Virus record (IMG/VR): IMGVR_UViG_3300035665_000001
Coordinates: 1-64,000 of that record
Direction: 5' to 3' (one strand)
DNA: 64,000 nucleotides
The position numbers were made by a program, and so were the translations under genes. The notes under the pieces are model-generated. The model was not told the origin of the DNA. It ran no database searches and saw only the letters and a list, made by a program, of their open reading frames with translations. This document shows, piece by piece, positions 1 to 9,952 of this stretch; position 1 is the stretch's first letter, and each line of letters begins with the position of its first letter.

Positions 1-136
1 TGTCCTTGTTGTCCTTGTTGTCCTTGTTGTCCTTGTTGTCCTTGTTGTCCTTGTTGTCCTTGTTGTCCTTGTTGTCCTTGTTGTCCTTGTTGTCCTTGTT
101 GTCCTTGTTGTCCTTGTTGTCCTTGTTGTCCTTGTT
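1..136. repeat. Perfect 9-bp tandem repeat (TGTCCTTGT) x15, encoding (GQQ)n on the minus strand
   Basis: Directly visible and continues to the window edge; in frame with the 1106 ORF (GGA CAA CAA). Confidence 0.97.
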
Positions 137-1106
137 TTGGTGGTTCAGCACCTTCACCTGGTTTAGGCATATCATCGCCCATTCCGTCCATCTGATCAGT
201 AACATCTTTTCTATCAGCTGGCGAAAGTTTATTCAATTCTTCAACAACAGCATCATACATATCCATGTAAGTGTTGTATCTGTCATAATTGATATAATCA
301 TTAAACAACCCCATAGGTAATTGAGCATACCCACTTTTAACCAATGTATAGTTGGTAATAAAATCACCAGTATAATTGACTGCATTGCCATCAAGATTAA
401 ATGCTTTCATTAAATAGAAATCACCATTCGCATAATGCATAATTTCATGCAACAATACAAATTCACAATACAAATAGGCATCTGGAATATCACCACCCTG
501 TGATTGATATTTCTTACCATGTTTGAATTTTGGATTAGCTTTTATACCTTTTACAGTAGCAAATTTCATCAAGCTTTCCATAAAAGGTACATAAAATAAC
601 AGATGTGCGTCTGGTGTACAGGCAGCAGTTTTTATACTATCGTATTGTGGTAAAAGTTTATCGGGAGTAAACCATAAAATAGGTTCAATTCTTTTAACCT
701 GAAATGAATTCGACAAAGGATAGAATTCTGGAACTTCATACTTAACAGCGTTGAATACTTTTTGAAAAATTCTTCGATCAAACTTAACATCCGACATAGG
801 TACATCTTTAATAAAATCAAATGCCGTATCTTCATACAAATTATGTATTATGGTTGCGTTTAATAAAGGTGATTTACTAGCAAATTCTAATTTTTCAGCA
901 ACTTTACTTTCCAACATTTCCTGAGCATTAGCTTTGCTAATGCTTTTTGCTTTTGCAAACTCCTCAATAATATGTTGGATATAATCCTCTTTACCAGTAG
1001 TTACAGTAAATTTTGTTTCACCAACAGCATTATATGTATTCGTTAAACCGGCCTCAGTTAAGTATGTTTTAAACATTGAATCGATGTTCTCAAAAAAATC
1101 ATTCAT
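1..1106 (-). CDS. Zincin-like (HExxH) metallopeptidase-domain protein, DUF2201/VWA-partner type, with GQQ repeat; 3' end runs off the window
   Basis: Not in the ORF track because there is no stop in the window. Read by hand from ATG 1106: MNDFFENIDSMFKTYLTEAG...TAACTPDAHLLFYVPF...CEFVLLHEIMHYANGD...VNYTGDFITNYTL...PPKQ(GQQ)n. Lies 3 nt downstream of a MoxR-type AAA gene. Confidence 0.8.
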   Translation of the reverse strand, partial: MNDFFENIDSMFKTYLTEAGLTNTYNAVGETKFTVTTGKEDYIQHIIEEFAKAKSISKANAQEMLESKVAEKLEFASKSPLLNATIIHNLYEDTAFDFIKDVPMSDVKFDRRIFQKVFNAVKYEVPEFYPLSNSFQVKRIEPILWFTPDKLLPQYDSIKTAACTPDAHLLFYVPFMESLMKFATVKGIKANPKFKHGKKYQSQGGDIPDAYLYCEFVLLHEIMHYANGDFYLMKAFNLDGNAVNYTGDFITNYTLVKSGYAQLPMGLFNDYINYDRYNTYMDMYDAVVEELNKLSPADRKDVTDQMDGMGDDMPKPGEGAEPPKQGQQGQQGQQGQQGQQGQQGQQGQQGQQGQQGQQGQQGQQGQQG

Positions 1107-1109
1107 AAC

Positions 1110-3140
1110 TTATCCTCGTTTTAATCCAAATTTAACTAAAATTTCTCTGATTTTTGTAGCAGTAGTATCAAGTTCCTCTGTTATTTTTGCATCCATATAA
1201 TCTTCAAGCAAAATAAGCATCAAATTTTGACTAAGTGCTAATTCATCACATGTGGCTTTTAATGATATATACAAATTACTTAAATATTGATTTGTTCGTT
1301 CTGCTTCCTTAACTTTTCCAGCATATGCAGCTTTATCAGTTAGAATATTCAAAATAACATGAATATATTTCAAGTATTTAACATATAATTCACATGTTTT
1401 AGCCTCTAGCATAGGTACATCATTAACTTCACCCGCAGCATTAACAAATTTTGCAGTTCCACTACTTTTTTGATTTTCTACAATTTTATCAGCAACAAAA
1501 TCCGTAATTTCTTGAACAAATTTTTGTGGTGATGTTAAATTTGCAGTTAAATAATTATCAAAATGTGGTGAATCATATAATTGTTCAGGATCATCATAAT
1601 AAGCGTTAAATATTTCACTAATAGTTTTAACCCCTTCTACTTTGCGTGTTTTAATTCCTTCATACATAACTTTTACAGAATCATTATTACGAATAAATCC
1701 ACCCGTAACATCTAAAAAATTATCAGGCGGTACCTGTTGTTTTTTACATGTAAACGTCAATTTATTACTCCAGGCATCATGAAATTCATTAACCATTGCA
1801 TCAATAAATATATCAAAATCTTCATCAGAGTAACTGGTATCCAAATTAAATTTACCAACTTTTCTTTCATCTGAATTATTCAACGCATTAGTTTCCCAAT
1901 CATCATCATCTTCAATTGATTCCTGTGTTGAAGAAAGTGTCGATTCTAAACCAACAACCGTAAGTCTATTAATGATATTAACATTTGTCATACTTACAAT
2001 ATCAGTTATCTCTCTAGGTGACAGGTATACCACGGTTCTTTCATTTCTTAAATTGAATAATTTTTCTTCTTTCTGAATATCATTTCCACGCCAATCAACA
2101 GTTGTAGATTGATAATGGCTTAATACGGTTTTAATAGCACCTACTGTAGCAGTATTACAATCAAACCCCATTTTCAATTCAAGATCTTTTGGTCTTTCAT
2201 TAGATAGCAAATAGGTTTCTAATGATGCCCAAGATGCTCTCGCAGGAATAATATCAACAACATCGCGAGTATGACTTGTTAATTCACCAACACCAGCATC
2301 ATCAGGATTTAATGCACCAGCAACCATGATTTCCACAGGTAAATCAAATTCTTCATTAAAAGATTTTTCCAATAATAATTTTCTAATTGAATTGAATACC
2401 TGAGCATCAGCTCTAGTTAATTCATCTAATAATAATAAAAATTTATATTTTCCTTGACCTTTTTTTCTTTTTTCTTCTGGAATGACTTCCTCATTTTTAA
2501 GTGTTTCCTGCATTTTTTTCTGAATTAAATCAAGTAATTCAGGTTTAGAAAACGATGTAGTCATTACGGGTAAACCATTACTATCTAATTCAGGAGAATT
2601 ATTTGCATCTTTTGCTTGGTTTGCCGTTGGAATTCCAGTAGTTGATTCACGATGTAATGTTGATACATCAATGTGTATAAAATGTAAATCTAAATTATTG
2701 GCAACTTGCATCATATGTGCAGTATTGTGATGAATAAATCCTTGAGCATCCTGATACAAATGTGTATCCGTAGCAATATTTAAATCATATACTAATTCCT
2801 GTGCACCCGTTAATGTTGATTTTGTAATCTTAACAATTGAACCATCTGCCTTCTCTACAGAATCCCCAATATTAAATTCATTTACAAATTTACAATCCTT
2901 TTTATTATAAGCCAATTTATGTTTTTCAGCAGTTTCAACTTTAGTGCCATCATCAAATTCAATAACGTTAATAACATCTTCCTTTGTCATTAGAAAAGGA
3001 ACAGGTTGATAGTGTCCATTTTCATCCTTTAGTTTAATTGCTGATTTCACATAATATTCTTCATCACAGACAAATTCAACACCTTCTAATCTGGCTACAG
3101 CTTCAAATAATTCTGAAATTTCTACTTTTAATTCCATCAT
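1110..3140 (-). CDS. C-terminal half of split tandem AAA+ (MoxR/AAA_5-like) ATPase: C-intein (aa 1-139) plus C-extein
   Basis: First 139 aa end in VYDLNIATDTHLYQDAQGFIHHN|T (intein blocks F/G). Then Walker B LLLLDELTRAD, sensor VAGALNP and LSPRE. Lacks its own Walker A GK. Confidence 0.9.
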   Translation of the reverse strand: MMELKVEISELFEAVARLEGVEFVCDEEYYVKSAIKLKDENGHYQPVPFLMTKEDVINVIEFDDGTKVETAEKHKLAYNKKDCKFVNEFNIGDSVEKADGSIVKITKSTLTGAQELVYDLNIATDTHLYQDAQGFIHHNTAHMMQVANNLDLHFIHIDVSTLHRESTTGIPTANQAKDANNSPELDSNGLPVMTTSFSKPELLDLIQKKMQETLKNEEVIPEEKRKKGQGKYKFLLLLDELTRADAQVFNSIRKLLLEKSFNEEFDLPVEIMVAGALNPDDAGVGELTSHTRDVVDIIPARASWASLETYLLSNERPKDLELKMGFDCNTATVGAIKTVLSHYQSTTVDWRGNDIQKEEKLFNLRNERTVVYLSPREITDIVSMTNVNIINRLTVVGLESTLSSTQESIEDDDDWETNALNNSDERKVGKFNLDTSYSDEDFDIFIDAMVNEFHDAWSNKLTFTCKKQQVPPDNFLDVTGGFIRNNDSVKVMYEGIKTRKVEGVKTISEIFNAYYDDPEQLYDSPHFDNYLTANLTSPQKFVQEITDFVADKIVENQKSSGTAKFVNAAGEVNDVPMLEAKTCELYVKYLKYIHVILNILTDKAAYAGKVKEAERTNQYLSNLYISLKATCDELALSQNLMLILLEDYMDAKITEELDTTATKIREILVKFGLKRG
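2724..3140 (-). mobile_element. Split intein, C-fragment (139 aa)
   Basis: IEFDDGTKVETAEKHKL (block B-like His), VYDL (block F) and terminal His-Asn followed by Thr(+1) at 2721-2723. Confidence 0.9.
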
Positions 3141-3173
3141 CTTTTCACCTTTTAATATTTAATATTTAATATT

Positions 3174-3181
3174 TATTTATA
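3174..3181 (-). promoter_or_regulatory. T4-type late promoter TATAAATA upstream of the C-intein gene
   Basis: Exact TATAAATA on the minus strand about 35 nt upstream of the start; the genome encodes a gp55-like sigma. Confidence 0.7.
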
Positions 3182-3320
3182 GTATTTTTCCATATTTATT
3201 ATCTATTTTTAAAACCTCAGATATGGAAATTGTAAATATACCAATTTTTCATTTGTTATCCCAACATTAAAGCATTTTCAAAGAAAAGTTTCACACAAAT
3301 CTACTACGAATATAGGTTAC

Positions 3321-3353
3321 AAAAAAAATCCCCAGTTTTTCAACCAGGGATTT
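3321..3353 (-). terminator. Rho-independent terminator between the two halves of the split AAA gene
   Basis: AAAUCCCUGGUU-GAAA-AACUGGGGAUUU followed by a U-run on the minus strand. Confidence 0.75.
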
Positions 3354-3412
3354 AAATTTTTGAATAGTGTTGACTTAACTAAACACTCTCACATTGTTGA
3401 TAAAAACACATA

Positions 3413-5032
3413 CTATTTTAATTTTTCAGCTCTAATTTCTAAAATAGTTTTATATAACACCTCATCGATCTCAACTATAATTTCCTGATTACCTCGTAAA
3501 CATTTACCAATACCAGGTTCTCCAGAGATAATGGGTACATATTTTCTAGCCTCTTTAGCCGTTGATTCGGAATCACCATCCATTTTAATTTTAGTAAGTA
3601 ATTGCTGTTCTAATACATCTCGCCATTCGGTTTGTGGATGTGTACTACCATCAAAATCAATTTTAGATGTTTGTTTTATCAAATCAACCATAATTTTTTT
3701 AATTTTTGGATATAAATCTGATACAGCTCCATTTGTGTAATTTTTAAAATTCAATTCCACATTTGTCATCAATATTGATGCTTCTCTAAAATTTGCAACT
3801 GGTAAATTTGCGTTGATATATAACAGTAATTGTTCCCACCGTCTAGGTGAAGATCTAACCTCAACAGATTTATCATCATAACTTAAATCTTCAGCAGTTA
3901 AATTATCATAGAATGTATTAAACACTTGTGGGTTTAATTTGATACTTGGAAATTCCTTCGATATATTTTTTTCATATTTTTTAAGGAAATAATCAAACCA
4001 TTGTTCTTTATCAGGGGATTTAAATTCCATTTCTACGAAATCATTATTCATAGGAATATCTTCAACACCATCGTCACTCAAATTTGATGCATAAACAATG
4101 AAAACTCCAGGTGGAATTTTATCATTACCAATTTGTCCATTCAAAATATTTCTAAGGATGTTTCTGATTTTCATATTATCATTTCTAAAATATTCATCTA
4201 AAAACAATATACAGTTATATGATTCCCTAACATTTGTGATCAAAGCTTTATTGTTTGTATAACCATCTCTAATTGTTCTATCTTTTTTAAGATTAGTAAT
4301 CAGTTCTTCCGTAGTCAATTTTAAAGATTTCATCGATTTTAATTTGGTGACCAAATTTGATTCCGATTGTACGATTTCAAATTTTTGTGAGGTCAAATCA
4401 TTTAAACCACTACTATCTTGTGATGTAGTAACGACTGCAGAATCAGAGGAAATTTTATCACCAACCATAATCATAAATGGAATATTGATAATGTGTTCCT
4501 CAGTAATATGTGGTGCCTCAATAGTTATTAATGGTAAACCTAATAATTTTGAGAACCCACGAATAAAAGAAGTTTTACCCGTTCCTGGATCACCAGTAAG
4601 CATAATAGAATTTTTTACACCCGATGAAGCTGCCTGTCCGTCCATTAACGACAATAATGTAAAAATTTGTTTATTGAACACGTTGTTATTATTTACATTT
4701 GGAGCTTTAAACATCAGTTCCTTAGAACTTAATGCTTTATCAAGTGAACCACCAGCTTTCACCGAACCACCAGATTCATCGGGAATATATTTTTCAACAA
4801 CACTACCATCCAAATTTAAAAATTTTGCAGATTTTGCCGCCTCTACATATTTTTTCAAAGATGCAGTTTTTGTATCTAAATCTTTTTCAAAATCACCAAT
4901 ATTTTCATCTGTAATTTTTTTATCTTTGTGGTTTAACACAGCATTAATCAGAGCATCAAATGTTACATTTGTTCTAGATGTAATCTTATCGGAAAGTTTT
5001 GCTTCCGTAATTAACGAATATGATAATTTCAT
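3413..5032 (-). CDS. N-terminal half of split tandem AAA+ ATPase: complete AAA module 1, Walker A of module 2, and N-intein
   Basis: GDPGTGKTS, LFLDEYFR and RSSPRRWE, then a second P-loop ISGEPGIGK followed directly by CLRGNQEI... and a stop 29 aa later. Confidence 0.9.
   Translation of the reverse strand: MKLSYSLITEAKLSDKITSRTNVTFDALINAVLNHKDKKITDENIGDFEKDLDTKTASLKKYVEAAKSAKFLNLDGSVVEKYIPDESGGSVKAGGSLDKALSSKELMFKAPNVNNNNVFNKQIFTLLSLMDGQAASSGVKNSIMLTGDPGTGKTSFIRGFSKLLGLPLITIEAPHITEEHIINIPFMIMVGDKISSDSAVVTTSQDSSGLNDLTSQKFEIVQSESNLVTKLKSMKSLKLTTEELITNLKKDRTIRDGYTNNKALITNVRESYNCILFLDEYFRNDNMKIRNILRNILNGQIGNDKIPPGVFIVYASNLSDDGVEDIPMNNDFVEMEFKSPDKEQWFDYFLKKYEKNISKEFPSIKLNPQVFNTFYDNLTAEDLSYDDKSVEVRSSPRRWEQLLLYINANLPVANFREASILMTNVELNFKNYTNGAVSDLYPKIKKIMVDLIKQTSKIDFDGSTHPQTEWRDVLEQQLLTKIKMDGDSESTAKEARKYVPIISGEPGIGKCLRGNQEIIVEIDEVLYKTILEIRAEKLK
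3416..3502 (-). mobile_element. Split intein, N-fragment (29 aa)
   Basis: CLRGNQEIIV matches intein block A (C1-L-x-G-x-x-x-I) and sits at the GK|T insertion point of a P-loop. Confidence 0.85.
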
Positions 5033-5035
5033 TCT

Positions 5036-5428
5036 CTACTCCCAATTCATAATTTTTTTAAATTCATCTGGTGTATCTACCAGAGTTTTCATCATTTCAG
5101 CATATCTATAAATATATCCAGTTTCAAGATAATTAACACATGGAATAACATATCTTTTTCCCGTATCTGGATCAACGATACCGCCATACATTCCAATGAT
5201 TATTTGAGTTCTGTCTTTACCTGTTGTATCTATTGTAGCCACAGATGCTCGTACTTTTGCTAAATTTTCTTCAGAAATATCAAATTTTGTATCGGTATTA
5301 CTTTGGTTACTAGTTGCAACTCCATAAGATGTTGCAACATCTTCAAAAATCTTATTTGATATTTTATAAGAAGATTTAGTTTGAATTTTAGTGGAAGTTT
5401 GTTTTAACATATCAGCCAACTTACTCAT
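5036..5428 (-). CDS. Hypothetical protein, first gene of the AAA/peptidase late operon
   Basis: ORF with AGGAG SD and TATAAATA at 5470-5477; 3 nt from the AAA gene. Confidence 0.75.
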   Translation of the reverse strand: MSKLADMLKQTSTKIQTKSSYKISNKIFEDVATSYGVATSNQSNTDTKFDISEENLAKVRASVATIDTTGKDRTQIIIGMYGGIVDPDTGKRYVIPCVNYLETGYIYRYAEMMKTLVDTPDEFKKIMNWE

Positions 5429-5521
5429 TTTAACTCCTTCAATATATTATTTTTAATTATAATTTTCTATATTTATATCTTTTTTTTAAAAAAGCCATCA
5501 CTTATATCACATTAATTATTC

Positions 5522-8500
5522 TTAAACGTTTTTCTCCAAATAGTCCAACCAAAATTGAATAAGAAAGAAGTCATCATATTCGGCAATAGTTTTCGATTCA
5601 ACATACTGAATATAACTACTAATACAGACAATATCATCCTCAGATAAACATCTACCAAATGTTTCTTTCTCTAACGAAACTATATCAGAAATAAAAGTGG
5701 TATACGGTTTATCAGATTCAACTTTTTTAATCTCATAACCATAATGTAGTTCTAACTTTTTGTTAAGTAAAAATAAATCCATATCAATTTCATTATGCCA
5801 TTCATTAGTGGATAAATTTTGTTTTAATCTGTAATAAGTATCAGTCATAACAACACGGGTATCATCTGATAAAATTTGATAATTAACTATCAACTTTATT
5901 TTAAACAATAAGTTACGAAGATTTACAACCAATTTAATTAACATTTGACCATATTTTAATTTTTCATCAACATAACCTGTGACATCAAACAATTTTATCT
6001 CTTTCAATCTATCTTTAAAATGTTTAACATCCAATTGATTATAAGCATACGTAGCCGTCAATATTTCAAAAACAGTTTGTTGATCTTTATACAATTCAAT
6101 AAGCACACTTATATCAACGATATTCTGTTTAAAATCATATGCATGAACATCATTCATATATTCTGAAAAAGTCTTAGTCCCATTCAAATGGTTTTTATAC
6201 GCATTTAAAGTTGGGGTTATATCCATAAGCGGTAATTCAAAATTAATATCAAATGATTTTAATAAATTTTTGTTCAACGATGTTAATGCATACCGCTTAG
6301 ATTTTATATTATCCAACTCATAAAACAAATAGAAATTTTTATTTTCTGCTTCGAGGGTTTTTATTTCTGACATAACCAATTCATAGGATTCAACATCTAA
6401 ACCATCTAATACACCATACAACAAATTTATTCGTTCTAACCTAGTTATCAACATATTAAACATTTCCCGAACATTAGCTTTAAATACTAATGTAGGTACA
6501 GCCAAATTAGTAATCTCGGGTCTAAATTCATCTCGATCATATTGCCCCAATGAGGTATTCACAAAATAGCGAATATCAACATTATAAGTATATTTTCCTA
6601 AACCATTGCCAGATTCTGCACCTGTAACAACAGATGCAACAATATTTTTTATTTCGATAATACAATATCGATTTTTATTATTACGCAAAACCAATTTATC
6701 TCCAATAGTTACATTTATTTTTGTAAATGGAGTAGTATATTGTGCAGCATTATTAATATCATAAACACTTTTAACCGAACTTGGAACTTTCGTCATAAAA
6801 GTTATAAATTTACTGCCCGTTATATCCACAGTAGTATTACCAGATATAGGTACCGACAACCTAAAATCAAACAAAAATTCAGATGCTGGATCGGGATATG
6901 CAAATTTTGGATCAAATATTGTCGTATTATCAAACTCATGTCCCGGAAAACCAACACCATTATATCCAACAAAAACATATCCTAGTCTGTCAGCTAATAA
7001 TGTAGTATCCACTGTAGAAAAAGTAACAGCCCCTTTATCCAACATATCCTTTAACGCACCAGATAGATATAGAGGTCTAGTTACCAAAATTCCACTTTCT
7101 GGGTCAGCATATGTCATTTTTGGTACATCTGGGTTTAATTCTAATGGTGCGTAGTGAACATCTCCCATCTTTACAATTTGCGAATTTTTAGGTCCATCCA
7201 AATTAAAAGTTATATGACGTACAAATGCTTCACCAGTGGAGTAAGTAATTTCACATCTAACATCATATGTTCCAGCATCATAAAATGTATGTGCTACCTC
7301 ATTACCATCAAGAACCAATGTTTCTACAAACCATTTATATACTGCTTGTATTTCATTTCCGATAGCGTCAACAGTAGTTTCCATTTTTGCTTTTAATTCG
7401 ACAGTAAATGGGACATTACCAGTATATGAAATAGAATCGGTGTAATCTACTTTATCGGGAACTATAATATTATTATTGATGATAATATCAGTCCATTGCT
7501 TTCTATGTTTTTCAATCAACATATTTTTTTTATTTTCTAATTTTACAACTTCAACACAATTCTTAAATTTTCCAATAAGTTCCACAAAATTATAAAAATC
7601 ACATTTGATACTTTCATTATAATACTCAATATTACTAATAGTTTCGGTTGATAATTTAACGTTGTATTTAGTGTCCACCGAATACTCAACAATCATTTTT
7701 GTAATTTCTGATAATACCTGACTTTGTGTTAAGATTAACGCAGATATTCTACCTTTTTGACTAAACTTTACAACATTATCTTTATTTTTTAAATAAAATG
7801 GGTGAAGAATTAAAATACTGTGGTCCAATTTCTCATAGTCGTCCGTAACTCTCAAAATATTATGAAACCATCGAATGTAATTTATTCGCATCAACTGATT
7901 ATCAAAATATAATTTTTTTAAATTTTTTTCATTCAATAAAAATGCCTTTTCATTAGGTCTAGTTGAAATTATAAACTCATAAAGTATATCCAACTCGGCA
8001 AACAATTCACTTCTAACAACTTTATAAGTTTCATCATCAAATAAATCTGTTAAAATATCTACCGATTCAGAAAAACCGGTAGAAACTTTATCATGGGTTA
8101 TTTCATCCAAATATAATTTATCGATATTACCAATTTTAGTAAATATAGAATCAACCGAATCACTAAATTTTTCAAGTGCGTATAAAATATTAAAATCAAT
8201 TATATTTTCATTGTAAAAAGCGTTATATTCATTTAAAAATTGAATGTAACTTCCTTTATTATATAAATCGGTCAAAACATATGAAAACGCTTTAATTGGG
8301 GTATATATTTTAGTATCAATATATTCATTAAAACCAAAGAATACATTTTTCTTTGCAATAACTAATATAATTTCAACCTTGCTGACGTGCGATTTAAAAT
8401 CAATCAATTTATTCCGACACGATATTTTATTTTCATCGATACCCAAAAGTATATCATCTAGACGCTTACTTTTCAAATCTTCAAGATCAGCAGTTAATTT

Positions 8501-9952
8501 TTTTAAAAATAAAGTATAATCACGTTCTATCGATTCTGCGTATGTTGGTGGGGACAACTTATATGATGCAGTGAAAAATGTTAACGCTGCAGTTTTTAAC
8601 AATTCCTGAACTTTTACAACCTTTTGAACAAACGTATCAAATTCAAAATTATTAAGATGGTATGTTTCCTGCGTCAACAAATTATTATATCGAACAACCC
8701 CAAATTTATAATCGTTTCGTAAATCATCAATAGTAGAATCACCATAATTATCTATATCCAATTTTGAATATCGAAATATATTTGATGTCATCAAATTATA
8801 ATAATATTCCTTAACACTCAACAAAAACAGTTCAGTTTGATAAAATTCAAATGATAAGGTTACTGATTTGCCTGATTCGGAATATTTTTGGGTATAAACA
8901 ATTGGCTTTTTAACAACTTTAGTCATTTCAATTATATCCGAAACAATCTCCTTTAATGTCATATCAGTAATAATATAATCACAATCAACATTTATTTTAC
9001 CATCTTCAATCAATGTAATGTATGCTGAAAATCTATCAAGCATTTTATTGTATTCCGACTCAGTTTTATAATCAACATACATTTGATGTGATGCAATATC
9101 AGAAATAAATAATTTAACACGATTTGAAATAGATTCAAACGTATTTACTAAATTAGTAAACCTATAAACTCCTGATGAAACTATATTATTTTCATATGAT
9201 AATAAATTGTTTTTTATTTTTTCTACAATATCAAAATATTCGAAATTGGTTTGTTCAGGAGTTATCGCTATTGATTGTGATTTAACTTTATCAAATACGT
9301 CGGTATATTCATAAATTTTATTTTCAATCATTTTTTCGGTTGATACCATACTATGTAACTCAACTTTATTTTTATTGAGATACATAGTGTACAACCCATA
9401 CATATAATTGTAAACATCAGTAATGAACGTGCTCGATACATCGAAAATCTTTTTAGTTGGAACAGTTACTCGAAGAATATCATCAACATCATATGGATTA
9501 TTTGAAAAATAATAATATGGAGCAACTGTGTTATCACTATAAATTCTAGCATGTGTTAATACGTTTTGAATTTCATCAACCTCAACTTTTATCAACGGAG
9601 AGACAACAAGCATTTGTTCAAAACGATATAATGAATTAGTGAATGTTACTTTAGTATGAAGAATCTCTAATTCATATAAGTATGATCTAACTATTGCAGA
9701 TTCGATTTTATATTTTTCAAAAGTTACATTTAATGATTGTAATACTTTATCTATTTCACTATTTAATTCAGCAGTTACATCTATTTGTTTCAATACAAGT
9801 TCCAAATTGAATTTAAGAACATTATATTCATCAACAATTTTTTTATAATGAGTAATTTCAGTAGGTTGATCAATAAATTCATAAGTATTATGTGCTGATA
9901 GATTAAAATCCATAACAGCAACATATAATGAATTAAATTTAGTTCTAAACAT
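5522..9952 (-). CDS. Large helical/coiled-coil protein with a central PKD (Ig-like) domain
   Basis: 1476 aa. YTGNVPFTVEL...YKWF...HTFYDAGTYDVRCEITY fits the PKD pattern (~7200-7430). Confidence 0.7.
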   Translation of the reverse strand: MFRTKFNSLYVAVMDFNLSAHNTYEFIDQPTEITHYKKIVDEYNVLKFNLELVLKQIDVTAELNSEIDKVLQSLNVTFEKYKIESAIVRSYLYELEILHTKVTFTNSLYRFEQMLVVSPLIKVEVDEIQNVLTHARIYSDNTVAPYYYFSNNPYDVDDILRVTVPTKKIFDVSSTFITDVYNYMYGLYTMYLNKNKVELHSMVSTEKMIENKIYEYTDVFDKVKSQSIAITPEQTNFEYFDIVEKIKNNLLSYENNIVSSGVYRFTNLVNTFESISNRVKLFISDIASHQMYVDYKTESEYNKMLDRFSAYITLIEDGKINVDCDYIITDMTLKEIVSDIIEMTKVVKKPIVYTQKYSESGKSVTLSFEFYQTELFLLSVKEYYYNLMTSNIFRYSKLDIDNYGDSTIDDLRNDYKFGVVRYNNLLTQETYHLNNFEFDTFVQKVVKVQELLKTAALTFFTASYKLSPPTYAESIERDYTLFLKKLTADLEDLKSKRLDDILLGIDENKISCRNKLIDFKSHVSKVEIILVIAKKNVFFGFNEYIDTKIYTPIKAFSYVLTDLYNKGSYIQFLNEYNAFYNENIIDFNILYALEKFSDSVDSIFTKIGNIDKLYLDEITHDKVSTGFSESVDILTDLFDDETYKVVRSELFAELDILYEFIISTRPNEKAFLLNEKNLKKLYFDNQLMRINYIRWFHNILRVTDDYEKLDHSILILHPFYLKNKDNVVKFSQKGRISALILTQSQVLSEITKMIVEYSVDTKYNVKLSTETISNIEYYNESIKCDFYNFVELIGKFKNCVEVVKLENKKNMLIEKHRKQWTDIIINNNIIVPDKVDYTDSISYTGNVPFTVELKAKMETTVDAIGNEIQAVYKWFVETLVLDGNEVAHTFYDAGTYDVRCEITYSTGEAFVRHITFNLDGPKNSQIVKMGDVHYAPLELNPDVPKMTYADPESGILVTRPLYLSGALKDMLDKGAVTFSTVDTTLLADRLGYVFVGYNGVGFPGHEFDNTTIFDPKFAYPDPASEFLFDFRLSVPISGNTTVDITGSKFITFMTKVPSSVKSVYDINNAAQYTTPFTKINVTIGDKLVLRNNKNRYCIIEIKNIVASVVTGAESGNGLGKYTYNVDIRYFVNTSLGQYDRDEFRPEITNLAVPTLVFKANVREMFNMLITRLERINLLYGVLDGLDVESYELVMSEIKTLEAENKNFYLFYELDNIKSKRYALTSLNKNLLKSFDINFELPLMDITPTLNAYKNHLNGTKTFSEYMNDVHAYDFKQNIVDISVLIELYKDQQTVFEILTATYAYNQLDVKHFKDRLKEIKLFDVTGYVDEKLKYGQMLIKLVVNLRNLLFKIKLIVNYQILSDDTRVVMTDTYYRLKQNLSTNEWHNEIDMDLFLLNKKLELHYGYEIKKVESDKPYTTFISDIVSLEKETFGRCLSEDDIVCISSYIQYVESKTIAEYDDFFLIQFWLDYLEKNV

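Noticed and set aside
1-136. Possible CRISPR array or telomere-like repeat
   Set aside because: No spacers; the 9-bp unit is in frame inside a coding region.
6-320. ORF of (SLL)n on the plus strand
   Set aside because: Antisense shadow of the GQQ repeat in the real minus-strand gene.
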